Positions 1-10,300 of a DNA stretch of 64,000 nt are shown here, piece by piece. The translations under genes were made by a program, and so were the position numbers. This DNA is from an uncultured bacterium (GTDB lineage: Bacteria > Zixibacteria > MSB-5A5 > GN15 > FEB-12), in the NCBI GenBank assembly GCA_965372795.1, contig CBDVDR010000010.1:1-64000 (forward strand), written 5' to 3'. The notes beneath the pieces are model-generated. The model was given only the letters and a program-made list of their open reading frames with translations. It did not search any database and was not told the origin of the DNA. Position 1 is the first letter of the stretch, and the number at the start of each line of letters is the position of its first letter.

Positions 1-56
1 GGCGAAGCGAGTTTAGATTTTCTTATCCCTGAGCGAAGCGAACGGGGTTAGAAAAA
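1..56. repeat. REP-like GCGAAGC-containing hairpin(s)
   Basis: ggcgaagcga at the window start, then ttttct..tccct-gagcgaagcgaa-cgggg..agaaaa, an imperfect stem-loop. A similar GCGAAGC hairpin occurs at 1964-1985. Confidence 0.4.
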
Positions 57-431
57 TGTTAGAAAGAAGTGTATGTTAGACATGGATAGCAATCATACTG
101 TCTGTATCTAAGTTTAAATGGGTTCGCACAATATTTGTGCAATTCTATCTTAAGAAAACTGATTTTTCTTCTGTTTCCGCTGCCAGGCTTTGGCATGCTT
201 GTTTGCTATCTTCGTAAAGGCAATTATACTCTGTATCATCTTGATAGGACGACTTAGACGGTTCACACTCCAGCACTGAGGCTAGAGTCCCCTAGCTTAG
301 GAAGAGTATCTACTCGAACCTGACTGAGCGTTCTGCCTTCGCGTTTATCTACAACTGCTTAGGCCAGCTTCGTCTATAACTTTCAAGCATTGGCCAACTA
401 ACTTGTCCCGAACAACAGCCAGCTCCGGAGC

Positions 432-478
432 TGTAGCATAATCGGCTACGGGAAAATTGTAATATCGACTACAGCGCC
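432..478 (+). promoter_or_regulatory. Bipartite operator-like motif, copy 1 (upstream of isochorismatase)
   Basis: TGTAGCATAATCGGCTACG-N14-TCGACTACAGCGCC; the same architecture and spacing is seen at five other sites in the window. Confidence 0.7.
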
Positions 479-663
479 AGTTCAAGTAAAGCGTGACATT
501 ACATATAAACGAAAGAATAGAAACATTTGTGAAGTTATACTATGAGCAATCTAGATGAAATAGACCGTTGATTTCACTAATTAAAATCTAGAAGCGGTCA
601 CAGATAACTCTGATAATGCTCTATTAACAAATGATCCAACTAACGAATGAAAGGAACGAAATT

Positions 664-1473
664 ATGAAATTACAAACTGTTTCCCTGATGGGCGTACTCG
701 CGGTCGTTATCATGGGCGTGGCGATGAACGAGAATACGACGTTCGCGCAGAGCCAAGACGTGGTCGTTGCCACAGCTCACACTCCGCCCTTAAACGACGG
801 GCTGCCAATCCCTGGCTTCGAGATAACTCGCGGCAACACAGCACTGATGTTCACCGATCCACAGAATGATTTTCTGTCGCCCAAGGGTTCCGCCTGGGGT
901 GTCGTCGGCAAGAGCGTCACTGAGAATGGGACAGTTGCAAACATGTTAGCATTGTTCAAGGTTGCCGACGAAACAGGATTGCCGGTATTCATCTCACCGC
1001 AATACATGTACCCACTTGACCACGAATGGAAGTTCGAGGGTACCCTTGAGCTGATAATGCACTCACTCCCGATGTTCGATCGTGTTGGTGCGCTTGATCT
1101 CACAGGATTCGAAGGCTCAGGGGCTGATTGGCTTGAGGTGTTCAAACCCTATATCAATAATGGCAAGACGATTATAACCAGCCCGCACAAGATCTATGGG
1201 CCAGAGACGAACGACCTTGTTTTGCAGATGCGCAAAGCGGGCATTGACAAAGTGATCTTGGCTGGGATGTCGGCGAACCTATGTGTGGAATCACATATGC
1301 GAGAACTGATTGAGCAAGGCTTTGAGGTAATGGTTGTCACTGATGCAACCGCTGCGGCCATAACCGAGCATTACAACGGCTATGAGGCCGCACTAGTTAA
1401 CTTCCGTATGATCGCAAGTGCTATGGACAATACCAAAAACACCGTCAAGGCGATTAAAGCCGCGTACAGATAG
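664..1473 (+). CDS. Isochorismatase-family cysteine hydrolase with N-terminal signal peptide
   Basis: Motifs TDPQNDF (Asp), SPHK (Lys) and AGMSANLCVESH (Cys). Hydrophobic leader. ATG at 664 follows AAGGAA; the ORF track start is 631. Confidence 0.85.
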   Translation: MKLQTVSLMGVLAVVIMGVAMNENTTFAQSQDVVVATAHTPPLNDGLPIPGFEITRGNTALMFTDPQNDFLSPKGSAWGVVGKSVTENGTVANMLALFKVADETGLPVFISPQYMYPLDHEWKFEGTLELIMHSLPMFDRVGALDLTGFEGSGADWLEVFKPYINNGKTIITSPHKIYGPETNDLVLQMRKAGIDKVILAGMSANLCVESHMRELIEQGFEVMVVTDATAAAITEHYNGYEAALVNFRMIASAMDNTKNTVKAIKAAYR

Positions 1474-1587
1474 TGGGGTATCATGCCAGACTGCATAGGA
1501 TCAAGAAACTAAAACGAGTGCCCAACCTTTGGATCGTTTGGAGTTTGGGCAATGATCGAGCACAATGCTTGGTCGTACACAGGGGTT

Positions 1588-1867
1588 TGATCTTCCCCAA
1601 AAAAGGTGAACACATTTTGTAGGTCATGTTAGATTGACTGAAGAGGTGTTCATTATGTCTCGTCATGATTTTGATCGTGAGTTTAAGCTATCGGCTGTTA
1701 AGTTAGCTGAGAGTTCCAATCTTCCCTTGGCGCGGATTGCCCGTAGTTTGGGCATTCATAACAGCATGCTTTGTCGGTGGCGAACTCAAGTGCGTGCTAA
1801 AGGGTCAGTTGCTTTCAATGAGTCAGGCAAAGCTGAACATTCGTTGGTAGTCAGGCTTCGTCGTTAG
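1588..1867 (+). mobile_element. IS3-family remnant: left inverted repeat plus truncated orfA (1655-1867)
   Basis: TGATCTTCCCCAAAAAAGGTGAACAC resembles the IS3 IRL. MSRHDFDREFKLSAVKL...IARSLGIHNSMLCRW is an IS3 OrfA HTH. No OrfB follows. Confidence 0.8.
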
Positions 1868-1906
1868 AATCGTCGGTTTAATGCCTGACATTTGCGTCAC
1901 TGCAAT

Positions 1907-1932
1907 AAAAAAGCCAACTTTTCAGTTGGCTT
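1907..1932 (-). terminator. Rho-independent terminator
   Basis: A-run then AAGCCAACT-TTTC-AGTTGGCTT hairpin, immediately 3' of the tRNA pseudo-half on the minus strand. Confidence 0.65.
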
Positions 1933-1938
1933 GAAATT

Positions 1939-2051
1939 TGGTAGCGGGGTGGGGATTTCATCAGTCCCAAAGCGAAGCGTGGGACCAAGTCCCGAAACGG
2001 AGTGAGGGAAAACCCCTTACAACCACACTATGTGTGTTTCGGGTTATGAGC
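1939..2051 (-). pseudogene. Degenerate 3' half of tRNA-fMet (att-like relic) interrupted by palindromes
   Basis: tggtagcgggg...ggattt and ttcgggttatgagc match the tRNA at 2152-2228. Inserted hairpins gtccc-aaagcgaagcgt-gggac and cacac-tat-gtgtg lie between them. Confidence 0.75.
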
Positions 2052-2151
2052 TTGCTTAGTTTATTATATAATTTATAGAAAATCCGGTATCTGAAGGAAA
2101 TTCCGCTCAAAAAGAAACTCCCGAAGTCGTTAGACCTCAGGAGTTTAAATT

Positions 2152-2228
<77 letters not shown>

Positions 2229-2239
2229 GACGTTCAGCC

Positions 2240-2267
2240 AATATATACCCCATAACCCGCATGTCAA
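2240..2267 (-). promoter_or_regulatory. Sigma70-like promoter of tRNA-fMet
   Basis: TTGACA-N16-TATATT, 11 nt upstream of the tRNA. Confidence 0.65.
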
Positions 2268-2276
2268 GCGATATAA

Positions 2277-2516
2277 TTAACTTGAAATATTCTCTTTTAA
2301 ATATCTTCTGCCTTGACCTGTTTTTAACCATTTTTCACGCTTCATTGCATCTCCACGAGTTGAAAATGATTCATAATATACCAACTTCCAATCCCTGTCG
2401 ATTTTGGTTGTTTTGCAAAGTTTATTATTATGTTCTGATAATCTTCGTTGAAGATCAATTGTATGGCCGGTATAAATTTTCTCTGAGTTAGATTGTATTA
2501 CGTAGACAAAATACAT
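2277..2516 (-). CDS. Small stand-alone GIY-YIG nuclease (79 aa)
   Basis: MYFVYVIQS...IYTGHT.DLQRRLSEHN...W.LVYYE...A.KREKWLK. The true start is likely ATG 2516 rather than 2585. Confidence 0.85.
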   Translation of the reverse strand: MYFVYVIQSNSEKIYTGHTIDLQRRLSEHNNKLCKTTKIDRDWKLVYYESFSTRGDAMKREKWLKTGQGRRYLKENISS

Positions 2517-2535
2517 ATTTGCGTTTCTGCGTTTT

Positions 2536-2593
2536 CGACGAGCTACTCCGCCTTGGCGGACTCCACCCCGCGGACGTTCAGCCAATATATACC
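2536..2593 (-). pseudogene. Duplicated 5' part of tRNA-fMet plus its upstream leader, D-loop replaced by a palindrome
   Basis: cgacgagctac-[tccgccttggcgga]-ctccaccccgcggacgttcagccaatatatacc versus the tRNA locus cgacgagctac-[cgaactg]-ctccaccccgcggacgttcagccaatatatacc. Confidence 0.85.
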
Positions 2594-2655
2594 ATTTAGA
2601 AGCAAGTTAAGGACTATCCTGCTCTATTTGTAATATATAACCCAGATTAGGATAA

Positions 2656-2769
2656 AAAACACACTTCGTGTGTCAGCCCCTGCCAAATGCTTCCAATATT
2701 ACTCAACAAATAATAAATGAGATTGAATATTTTTATTAAATTTAATAAAACACACTTCGTGTGTCAGCC
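2656..2769. repeat. 23-bp exact direct repeat (2656-2678 and 2747-2769) containing an ACACAC-TTC-GTGTGT hairpin
   Basis: aaaacacacttcgtgtgtcagcc occurs twice, 91 bp apart. The second copy overlaps the GNAT stop codon. Confidence 0.85.
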
Positions 2770-3630
2770 TTTGCCGGGGCAGCCTAAGGATAATATCCCC
2801 TGTGATTCGATGCTGTATTCCCTGCCCAAAAACATCCGGTATGTAAAATATCCCGTCGGCTGAGCCCCTAATTTCATCAAAAAATCATAATAATGAGTTT
2901 TCAAAGAAGGCGTTCGAAAATATAACTGTTTAGAGTTTTTCTGAAATGCATTCTCAATCAATGCTGATGCAATTTCCTCAGACTCTGGCAAAGTCAAATC
3001 AATAACCATCGGCATAACATTCTGGTTTCTTCGGGCTTCATTCAGAAATATAAAACCGACAACTTTGCTGTCTTTCAAAGCTACATATCCGGAAAAGTTT
3101 ATATTTCTTTTGATAATCTCAAACAGTCGAAGTCTGTTTTGGTGAAAATAATGCTCATCAAAAGTGGCAACATCCTCAAGCAGACTATCTTCAAATTCAA
3201 CAATATTAATATTAGAATTTTTTGCAGATTGTTTAAAGTCCGATTGTTTGAGAATGAAGTGATGGGTTTCAAATTGCTTTTGAAAACCAATTCGTTCATA
3301 AAGAGTCACCGCCTCACGGACAGCCTCAATAGTGATCGAATATTTTTTTTTGGAGTTTATATATTCAATCCCATGACGCATGAGTCTCTCCCCTAATCCC
3401 AGCTTGCGGTCTCTTAGATCAACATAGAGCCAGCCCATCCAGGCATGATCTTTATACAACGTCGTTGTAACCACTCCAACGATTCGCCCTCTGTTTTCCA
3501 TCGCAAAACAACCATCCGGATTGTATTCAATGAGATCACTTATATGAGGAACAAACCATTCCGGAACAATTTCTTTTTCCTGTTTAAGCTGAAAGTCCAG
3601 ATCATTTATAGTTAATCTCTTAAACTGCAT
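2764..3630 (-). CDS. GNAT family N-acetyltransferase (tandem GNAT domains)
   Basis: WMGWLYVDLRDRKLGLGERL motif A; AVTLYERIGF motif B. Confidence 0.8.
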   Translation of the reverse strand: MQFKRLTINDLDFQLKQEKEIVPEWFVPHISDLIEYNPDGCFAMENRGRIVGVVTTTLYKDHAWMGWLYVDLRDRKLGLGERLMRHGIEYINSKKKYSITIEAVREAVTLYERIGFQKQFETHHFILKQSDFKQSAKNSNINIVEFEDSLLEDVATFDEHYFHQNRLRLFEIIKRNINFSGYVALKDSKVVGFIFLNEARRNQNVMPMVIDLTLPESEEIASALIENAFQKNSKQLYFRTPSLKTHYYDFLMKLGAQPTGYFTYRMFLGREYSIESQGILSLGCPGKG

Positions 3631-3649
3631 AACTCATAATCAATAGTGC

Positions 3650-5014
3650 CTAATCTTTTTTATCTTTATCTCCACGAAGCATCGAAATCTTCAAAGCCGG
3701 GGGTGTTATCAGGGTTGTAATCATCACCATAATAACAACCGCCGAATAGGTGCTGACTGAAATTACCGGATGTCCATCAATCATCAGTTTTGCGCCAATA
3801 CCGGCAAAGATCAATCCGACCTCTCCCCTTGGAATCATACCTAAACCAATAGCAATCCGGTTGGTAGTTTTATCAAAAATACCCAGTGAACAGACTTGTT
3901 TTCCAATAATAGCAGCAATAGTTAAAACAGCTGCAAATCCTAAGATAGAGACATCACCAAAAGTAGTAATATCAACCATCATTCCCATTCGGACGAAGAA
4001 AATCGGGACCAGAAAAATGGCTATCGGTTCGATTAACTCTTCAATATGATGATCTCCGCGTTCACGGAATTTTGTGAAATGAATATCCTCAAGAATTAAT
4101 CCGGCGGCAAAGGCACCTACAATTGGAGCCAACCCGATTTTACCGGCTAAATATGATAAAAAGAAACAGACCAGCAATGAAAACGATAAAAGCATACCCT
4201 TGCCTTTTAGGCGTAGAGCAACTTTAAAATAATGCGGTAATATATAAGCCCCGATAACAATTGCTCCTACGATAAAGAGAACAGCTTTGCTGATTATCCA
4301 TAAGACAGCACCGGAACTGACACCTGCTGTCGAACCGCTGTTTAACGCTGTAATAATTCCTGCAATAACCGCTAAAATAACCAAGCCCAGAATATCATCA
4401 ATCACAGCCGCACCCAAAATAATTTTTGACTCTCGAGTTTTTATCTTTCCGATATCTTTAAGAACCCGGGCAGTAATCCCCACCGATGTAGCGGTCAAAG
4501 TTGCGCCGATAAAAACATGAACATAGATTGATTCATGTGGCAAAAACCAATATGCGACACCCCAACCTAAGAAAAACGGAACCACAACCCCAAGGATTGC
4601 TACCATGAAGGAAGCCAGCCCGACTTTCATCATCTCTTTTACCGTTGACTCAAGCCCAACCTCAAAGAGCAAAATAATTACACCAAGCTCTGCAAGAACT
4701 TCCAAAATTATATCATGCTTAAAAGCTTCAAATTCAGTGAATCCGATAAGATGAAGATTTCCGATAATCATTCCAATTACAAGCTCACCCAAAACTGCCG
4801 GTTGTCCAAACCGTTCAAAAACATCACCGCCAAGTTTTGCAGCCAGTAGAATTACGATAATTTCTATAAGAATAAGCAGAACCGGACCACCGTGGCCGTC
4901 AGTTCCTCCGGAACCGGAATCTCCTCCTGATGAGGCAAAAACCAGACCATAGAACAGATAAACAACTGCAAATATTGAAAAGAGAAATACTCTTTTATTA
5001 TTTAAAAATCTCAC
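3650..5014 (-). CDS. Cation:proton antiporter (CPA2/Kef-type)
   Basis: Many TM helices; ATSVGITARVL, AAVIDD and GMIPRGEVGL motifs. Confidence 0.9.
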   Translation of the reverse strand: MRFLNNKRVFLFSIFAVVYLFYGLVFASSGGDSGSGGTDGHGGPVLLILIEIIVILLAAKLGGDVFERFGQPAVLGELVIGMIIGNLHLIGFTEFEAFKHDIILEVLAELGVIILLFEVGLESTVKEMMKVGLASFMVAILGVVVPFFLGWGVAYWFLPHESIYVHVFIGATLTATSVGITARVLKDIGKIKTRESKIILGAAVIDDILGLVILAVIAGIITALNSGSTAGVSSGAVLWIISKAVLFIVGAIVIGAYILPHYFKVALRLKGKGMLLSFSLLVCFFLSYLAGKIGLAPIVGAFAAGLILEDIHFTKFRERGDHHIEELIEPIAIFLVPIFFVRMGMMVDITTFGDVSILGFAAVLTIAAIIGKQVCSLGIFDKTTNRIAIGLGMIPRGEVGLIFAGIGAKLMIDGHPVISVSTYSAVVIMVMITTLITPPALKISMLRGDKDKKD

Positions 5015-5216
5015 TTGATCTCCCTTTAATTATTCTTCTTTAGCAAGGAATGAATTATTTTTTTTGCGAAAATACAAGTTATTTCTACTTTATTAGATGA
5101 AATCAAAATAAGAAATTCTTCCTTTTCAATTCAGTATTTATCCAAATCTGACGAAATAAATAATAGGTAGAGAATTGGTAACCTTTTAATAAAAATAGAG
5201 ATTACGGCAGGAATTT

Positions 5217-6074
5217 ATGTTCATATTTATTGGTGCAGCTGTTGTACTTGGTTCAGTTATAACAGGATTTGTCCTTGAAGGCGGACATATCTTAGCCTTA
5301 AATCAACCTTTGGAGTTACTCATTATTGGTGGCGCGGCAATAGGGAGTATGATTATAGCTACACCTATGACGGTACTGAAAGACATGATGAAGCAATTGA
5401 TGGGAATTCTTAAGCCGGGGATGGTAAAAAAAGACTATCTCGATCTTCTCGTAATGATGTTTGAAATTTTTAATATTGCCCGTAAAGACGGTTTGGTCGG
5501 ACTTGAAAATCATGTCGAACATCCCCATGAAAGCGATATATTTCAAAGATATCCCAAATTCCTAAACAATCATCATGCGCTATCATTTTTCTCAGATACT
5601 ATGAGAGTTATTATTTCCGGTGCCGTTCAACCCCACGATTTGGAAGATCTGATGGACAGTGATATTGAAATTCTTCACGAAGAAGAAATCCGACCCTCAG
5701 ATGCTTTAAACAGTATGTCTGATTCTCTGCCGGGACTCGGTATTGTTGCCGCTGTTTTGGGGATTGTAATAACTATGGCTTCTATCGACGGTCCTCCGGA
5801 AGTGATTGGTCACAAAGTCGGGGCTGCTCTGGTTGGAACATTTTTGGGAATCCTAGGCTGTTATGGTTTTGTAGGACCGATTGCTGCAAACATGAAACAT
5901 AGGTTGAATGATAATCATCAGTATTTAATCTGCATGAAAAATGCTCTTCTTTCTTTTAATAAAGGTGTCGCCGGAGTCATAGCTGTTGAGTTTGCCCGCC
6001 GTTCTCTTTTTATCGAAGTTCGTCCTGACTTTTTGGAGCTGGAAGCCGCTTGTAACGAAACTAAACGGAGATAG
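5217..6074 (+). CDS. motA: Flagellar motor stator protein MotA
   Basis: ARKDGLVGLE, PGLGIVAAVLG, IGHKVGAALVGTFLG and AVEFARR motifs. Confidence 0.92.
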   Translation: MFIFIGAAVVLGSVITGFVLEGGHILALNQPLELLIIGGAAIGSMIIATPMTVLKDMMKQLMGILKPGMVKKDYLDLLVMMFEIFNIARKDGLVGLENHVEHPHESDIFQRYPKFLNNHHALSFFSDTMRVIISGAVQPHDLEDLMDSDIEILHEEEIRPSDALNSMSDSLPGLGIVAAVLGIVITMASIDGPPEVIGHKVGAALVGTFLGILGCYGFVGPIAANMKHRLNDNHQYLICMKNALLSFNKGVAGVIAVEFARRSLFIEVRPDFLELEAACNETKRR

Positions 6075-6931
6075 TGACTGTGAGCGAAGAGAACCAACAA
6101 CCAATAATAATAAAAAGAATAACAAAAAAACATGTCGCTCATCACGGAGGAGCCTGGAAAGTTGCTTTTGCCGATTTTATGACAGCAATGATGGCCTTCT
6201 TTTTAGTGTTGTGGCTGGTAGGTCAAAAGCCGGAAGTTCGTGAATCGGTTGCCGGATTTTTCAGAGACCCCGGTAATTTTAACAAGCAAGGTAAAGTAGG
6301 GATTCTACAAGGCTCTAGTTCTGTGATCCCAAGAAATAATCCACAGATGAGCATTACAAAAACTACTCCTGAACAAGGGATGGGCAAAAGTAAACAAGAC
6401 AAAGAGAAACTCTCGTTAGCTGCAAAAAAAATTCTTAAAAAATTAGAAGAAGAAGAGGCATTTAAAAAATTTAAAGATAATATAAAGATCCAACTCACCT
6501 CTGAAGGATTAAGAATAATCCTTAATGAATCAGAAAACTCACCAGCCTTTTTTGAACCCGGTTCGGCGAAATTACTGCATGAATCAGCTACTATTCTAAT
6601 TATTATAGCGAGTGAATTGGGTAAACTTGATAATAAAATTGTGATCGAAGGACACACCGATGCTTCGTATGCGGGAAATCGAGATTATACAAACTGGGAA
6701 TTATCAGTCGACCGTGCCAATTCAGCCAGACAGTTACTATCAGCATCAGGATTATATAACGGACAGGTTCGCGAGGTTCGAGGCTTTGCAGATAGTTTCC
6801 CGATGATTATTAATAATCCGAATGATGCCCGTAATCGAAGAATTTCTTTAGTGGTTTTATATAAAGCACGAGAATCTCAATACGACAGAATAGAGGTCGG
6901 TGATGACCTCCTGGAAGAAATATATAACTAA
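6074..6931 (+). CDS. motB: Flagellar motor stator protein MotB
   Basis: HGGAWKVAFADFMTAMMAFF plug/TM segment; OmpA-like domain GHTD...NWELS..RAN...NRR. Confidence 0.92.
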   Translation: MTVSEENQQPIIIKRITKKHVAHHGGAWKVAFADFMTAMMAFFLVLWLVGQKPEVRESVAGFFRDPGNFNKQGKVGILQGSSSVIPRNNPQMSITKTTPEQGMGKSKQDKEKLSLAAKKILKKLEEEEAFKKFKDNIKIQLTSEGLRIILNESENSPAFFEPGSAKLLHESATILIIIASELGKLDNKIVIEGHTDASYAGNRDYTNWELSVDRANSARQLLSASGLYNGQVREVRGFADSFPMIINNPNDARNRRISLVVLYKARESQYDRIEVGDDLLEEIYN

Positions 6932-6961
6932 AAAAAAGAACCGGAAAATCCGGTTCTTTTA
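6931..6961. terminator. Bidirectional rho-independent terminator
   Basis: AAAAAAAGAACCGGA-AAA-TCCGGTTCTTTT between convergent genes. Confidence 0.75.
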
Positions 6962-6980
6962 TTTCTTTATTAAGAAATTT

Positions 6981-7151
6981 TTATTTATCCCTTAATTCAA
7001 GCATTTCTTTACGAATATCCTGAGCTATTGCTTTGATTTCCTGCATAGATTTCCGAACCCGGCCGGTCGCAGCTTTGTTGCCTGCTTCAGCCTTTTCCAC
7101 ATCTGATTTAACTACTTCGATCACTTCGACTAATTTGGTGTAGCTTGACAT
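6981..7151 (-). CDS. Histone H1-like (Hc1-family) small protein, 56 aa, absent from the ORF track
   Basis: MSSYTKLVEVIEVVKSDVEKAEAGNKAATGRVRKSMQEIKAIAQDIRKEMLELRDK; GNKAA..RVRK signature; AGGAG RBS. Confidence 0.8.
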   Translation of the reverse strand: MSSYTKLVEVIEVVKSDVEKAEAGNKAATGRVRKSMQEIKAIAQDIRKEMLELRDK

Positions 7152-7338
7152 TTTTGTACTCCTAATAGATAAATGTTATTCATGACTTGTTTTATGGAAT
7201 TTTAGGGCTGTAAAGCCTCTCTGGCAATAAAAAAACTGGAATTTTTAAAACTTTTTTTTATATTGGTCAAAATAAATAAAACACCCCCCGGCAAAAATTT
7301 GTCGGGATTTTTGTGTTTTACAAAATTAGCGGACAATT

Positions 7339-10300
7339 ATGAAAAGTACTTCTGTATTTCCAATCACAAATCGCTTAGAAAGCATCGTTGAACGCTTTGC
7401 TGCCGGCGAAGCCTATCAAAACCTCCAAAATCGACTGCAAGACAACAACATACGCAAAGTTCACGTGGCTGGATTAAGCGGTTCTGCTGGATCAATTTTG
7501 ATTAAAACCCTGTCGGAAACTCAAAATAAAATAATATTAGCCGTCACAACCGGTCCTGAAGATGCCAACGATCTATTTGATGATCTTTCATATCTGGTTG
7601 GCACTGATAAGGTTGGCTTTTTTCCCTCAAGACAGATCCTGCCGTATGATTTCAGAGCCCCGATTGGAGAAATTATCGGGCAAAGGATTTCTACCCTTTC
7701 AAATTTATTAACCAACAAATTAAAAATTGTTGTCTGTCCGGTTCGGTCACTGATTGAACCAACAATTACAAAAGAACTGCTTGAGCAAAATCAGATCGAC
7801 TTACAACTTAATATTGAATATGATTTGGATAATCTGGTCAACCGTTTGATCAAACTTGGTTTTCGAAGAGTTTCGGTTGTTGAAGAGGTTGGTGATTTTG
7901 CCGTTCGAGGCGGACTTATTGATTTCTTTTCACCCGGATCAGAAGCTCCGGTCAGAGTTGAATTCTTTGGGGATGAAGTTGATACTATCAGACATTTTGA
8001 AGTAGCAACCCAGAGAACAATTAAAAAAATTGATCGTGTTGCCCTGCTCCCGAAAAGAGAAACACCGATAACCCAGGAATCACTCGAAAAATATTTGGAT
8101 GCTTTACCGGAAGAAGATGCCGACTATATTCGCACCCGATATTTAAATGATCCGGAACTGCCCGGTTTAGAGTGGCTTTCGGTTATGTTCAAACTGCCCC
8201 AGGGATGCCTCCTTGATTATATATCCCAATCCGGAATTGTTTATTTCCAAAGCGAAGGCACTATTAGGTCTGAGATAGAATCAATTCATGATGAAGCCGA
8301 AAGTTTACATAAACGATTAAATAAACAATTGATCAGCCTTCCTAAAGCAAATGAGTATTATCATCAAACCGATCAAATTTTTTCCGTTTTAGAAAATTAC
8401 GATCAAATTGATAAACTCCCTTTTAAAGGCGGTCATTCAGATATAATAGATTTTCATTGTCAGCCTCACCCCTCATTCGGTTCACGACTTGATCTTCTGG
8501 GAGACACCCTCAAAGAATACGTAGCGGAATCAATAACTTATTTTATTGCAACCGACACAACGGGACAGGCGAATAGAATGGATGAGTTGATTGCTGAAAA
8601 GAGCAATCTTGCGTTCACTCCGCCGATTGAAATAGCTGATTTAAAAAGCGGATTTGTTTGCAAATCTGCCGGCGTTGCTATTTTAACCGATCATGAAATT
8701 TTCAGCCGCTACCACCGCCGAGTAAGGAAGAAAAAATATAAAGAAGGCGTGGCGATTTCTGATTATTCTAATCTGACCAAAGGCGATTATGTGGTTCATA
8801 CCGATTATGGTGTTGCCCGTTTCCTTGGATTAGAAACGCTCCATGTTGACAACCGAAATCGTGATTGTCTGCTATTGCAGTATGCTAACAAAGATAAACT
8901 GTTTGTTCCCATAGAAGAATTCAACCGGGTTTCAAAATATTCCGGTAAAGATAGCGCCCCGACTTTAACGACCCTGGGCGGACTCGCCTGGGAAAAACTT
9001 AAGATAAAAACCAAAAAAGCTATCGAGGATATGGCTGAGGAGCTTCTCAAACTCTACGCCCAAAGAAAAAGCGCTCCCGGTTTTTCATTTGGTGAAGATA
9101 CGGTCTGGTTAAAACAACTCGAAGCATCGTTTATTTTTGATGAAACACCCGATCAATTAAAAGCGATCAACGATGTAAAAAAAGATATGTCCGAAGAAAG
9201 ACCGATGGATCGGCTTGTGTGCGGTGATGTCGGCTATGGTAAAACCGAGGTTGCTATCCGAGCCGCATTCAAAGCAGCTGAACAGGGAAAGCAGGTTGCG
9301 GTACTGGTACCGACAACAATTCTTGCCCAGCAGCATTATCAAACCTTTTCTGACCGCTTGGCTGACTTCCCGGTCAGAATCGAAATGCTATCCCGTTTCA
9401 GAACCCGTAAAGAACAGCTTAAAACTATTGATGGTCTTGCCGAGGGTAAAGTTGATCTGGTTATCGGAACTCAAAGGCTGCTTTCAAAAGATGTGGTTTT
9501 CCGCGATATCGGTTTGTTAATTATTGATGAAGAACATAGGTTCGGTGTAAAACATAAAGAGAAATTGAGACAGATCAAAGGGAATGTCGATACGTTATCA
9601 TTAACTGCCACACCAATTCCAAGAACCCTGCATCTTTCTTTGATGGGTGTCAGAGATATGAGTATTATCAACTCATCTCCCAAAGATCGATTGCCTATTA
9701 TAACGGAAATTACAAATTTTGATCCGATAACCATTGCAACAACGATTCTCAGAGAGATTGACCGAGGCGGGCAGGTCTTTTTTGTTCATAATCGGGTGCA
9801 GACTATTGACGCCATGTATCACTATTTAAAAAAACTTGTGCCACAGGCAGAAATCGCAATTGCACATGGACAGATGCATGAAAAATCGCTTGAAGGCATT
9901 ATGCTTGGATTTTTAACCAAGCGGTACGATGTTCTGCTTTGCACCTCAATTATTGAATCCGGTCTGGATATCCCTTCGGCTAATACGATCATAATAAATC
10001 GTGCTGACCGGTTTGGATTAGCGCAACTTTATCAAATCCGCGGACGGGTAGGAAGAAGCTCCCGTCGGGCTTTTGCTTATTTGTTGACCCCGCCAATAAA
10101 ATTATTAAAAGCTGATGCGATTAAACGGCTTAGAGCCATAGAAGCCCACTCTGATTTGGGGTCTGGATTTGCGCTTGCGATGCGTGATCTGGAAATCCGA
10201 GGCACCGGAACAATTCTAGGAACCAGACAATCAGGTTACATTGAAGAAATCGGGTTCGATTTATATAACAAACTTCTCGATGAAGCTATACATAATCTAA

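Noticed and set aside
180..430. Structured ncRNA (tmRNA or riboswitch) upstream of the isochorismatase
   Set aside because: No tRNA-like ends, tag peptide or riboswitch consensus could be recognised on either strand; an Rfam scan would be needed.
5131..5157. Sigma28 promoter for motAB (TCAG-N15-GACGAAAT)
   Set aside because: Too many mismatches to TAAA-N15-GCCGATAA in AT-rich DNA to support a call.
5217..6931. Zorya (ZorAB) defence system
   Set aside because: MotA is canonical in length with no long ZorA tail, there is no zorC/D/E, and the context is housekeeping.
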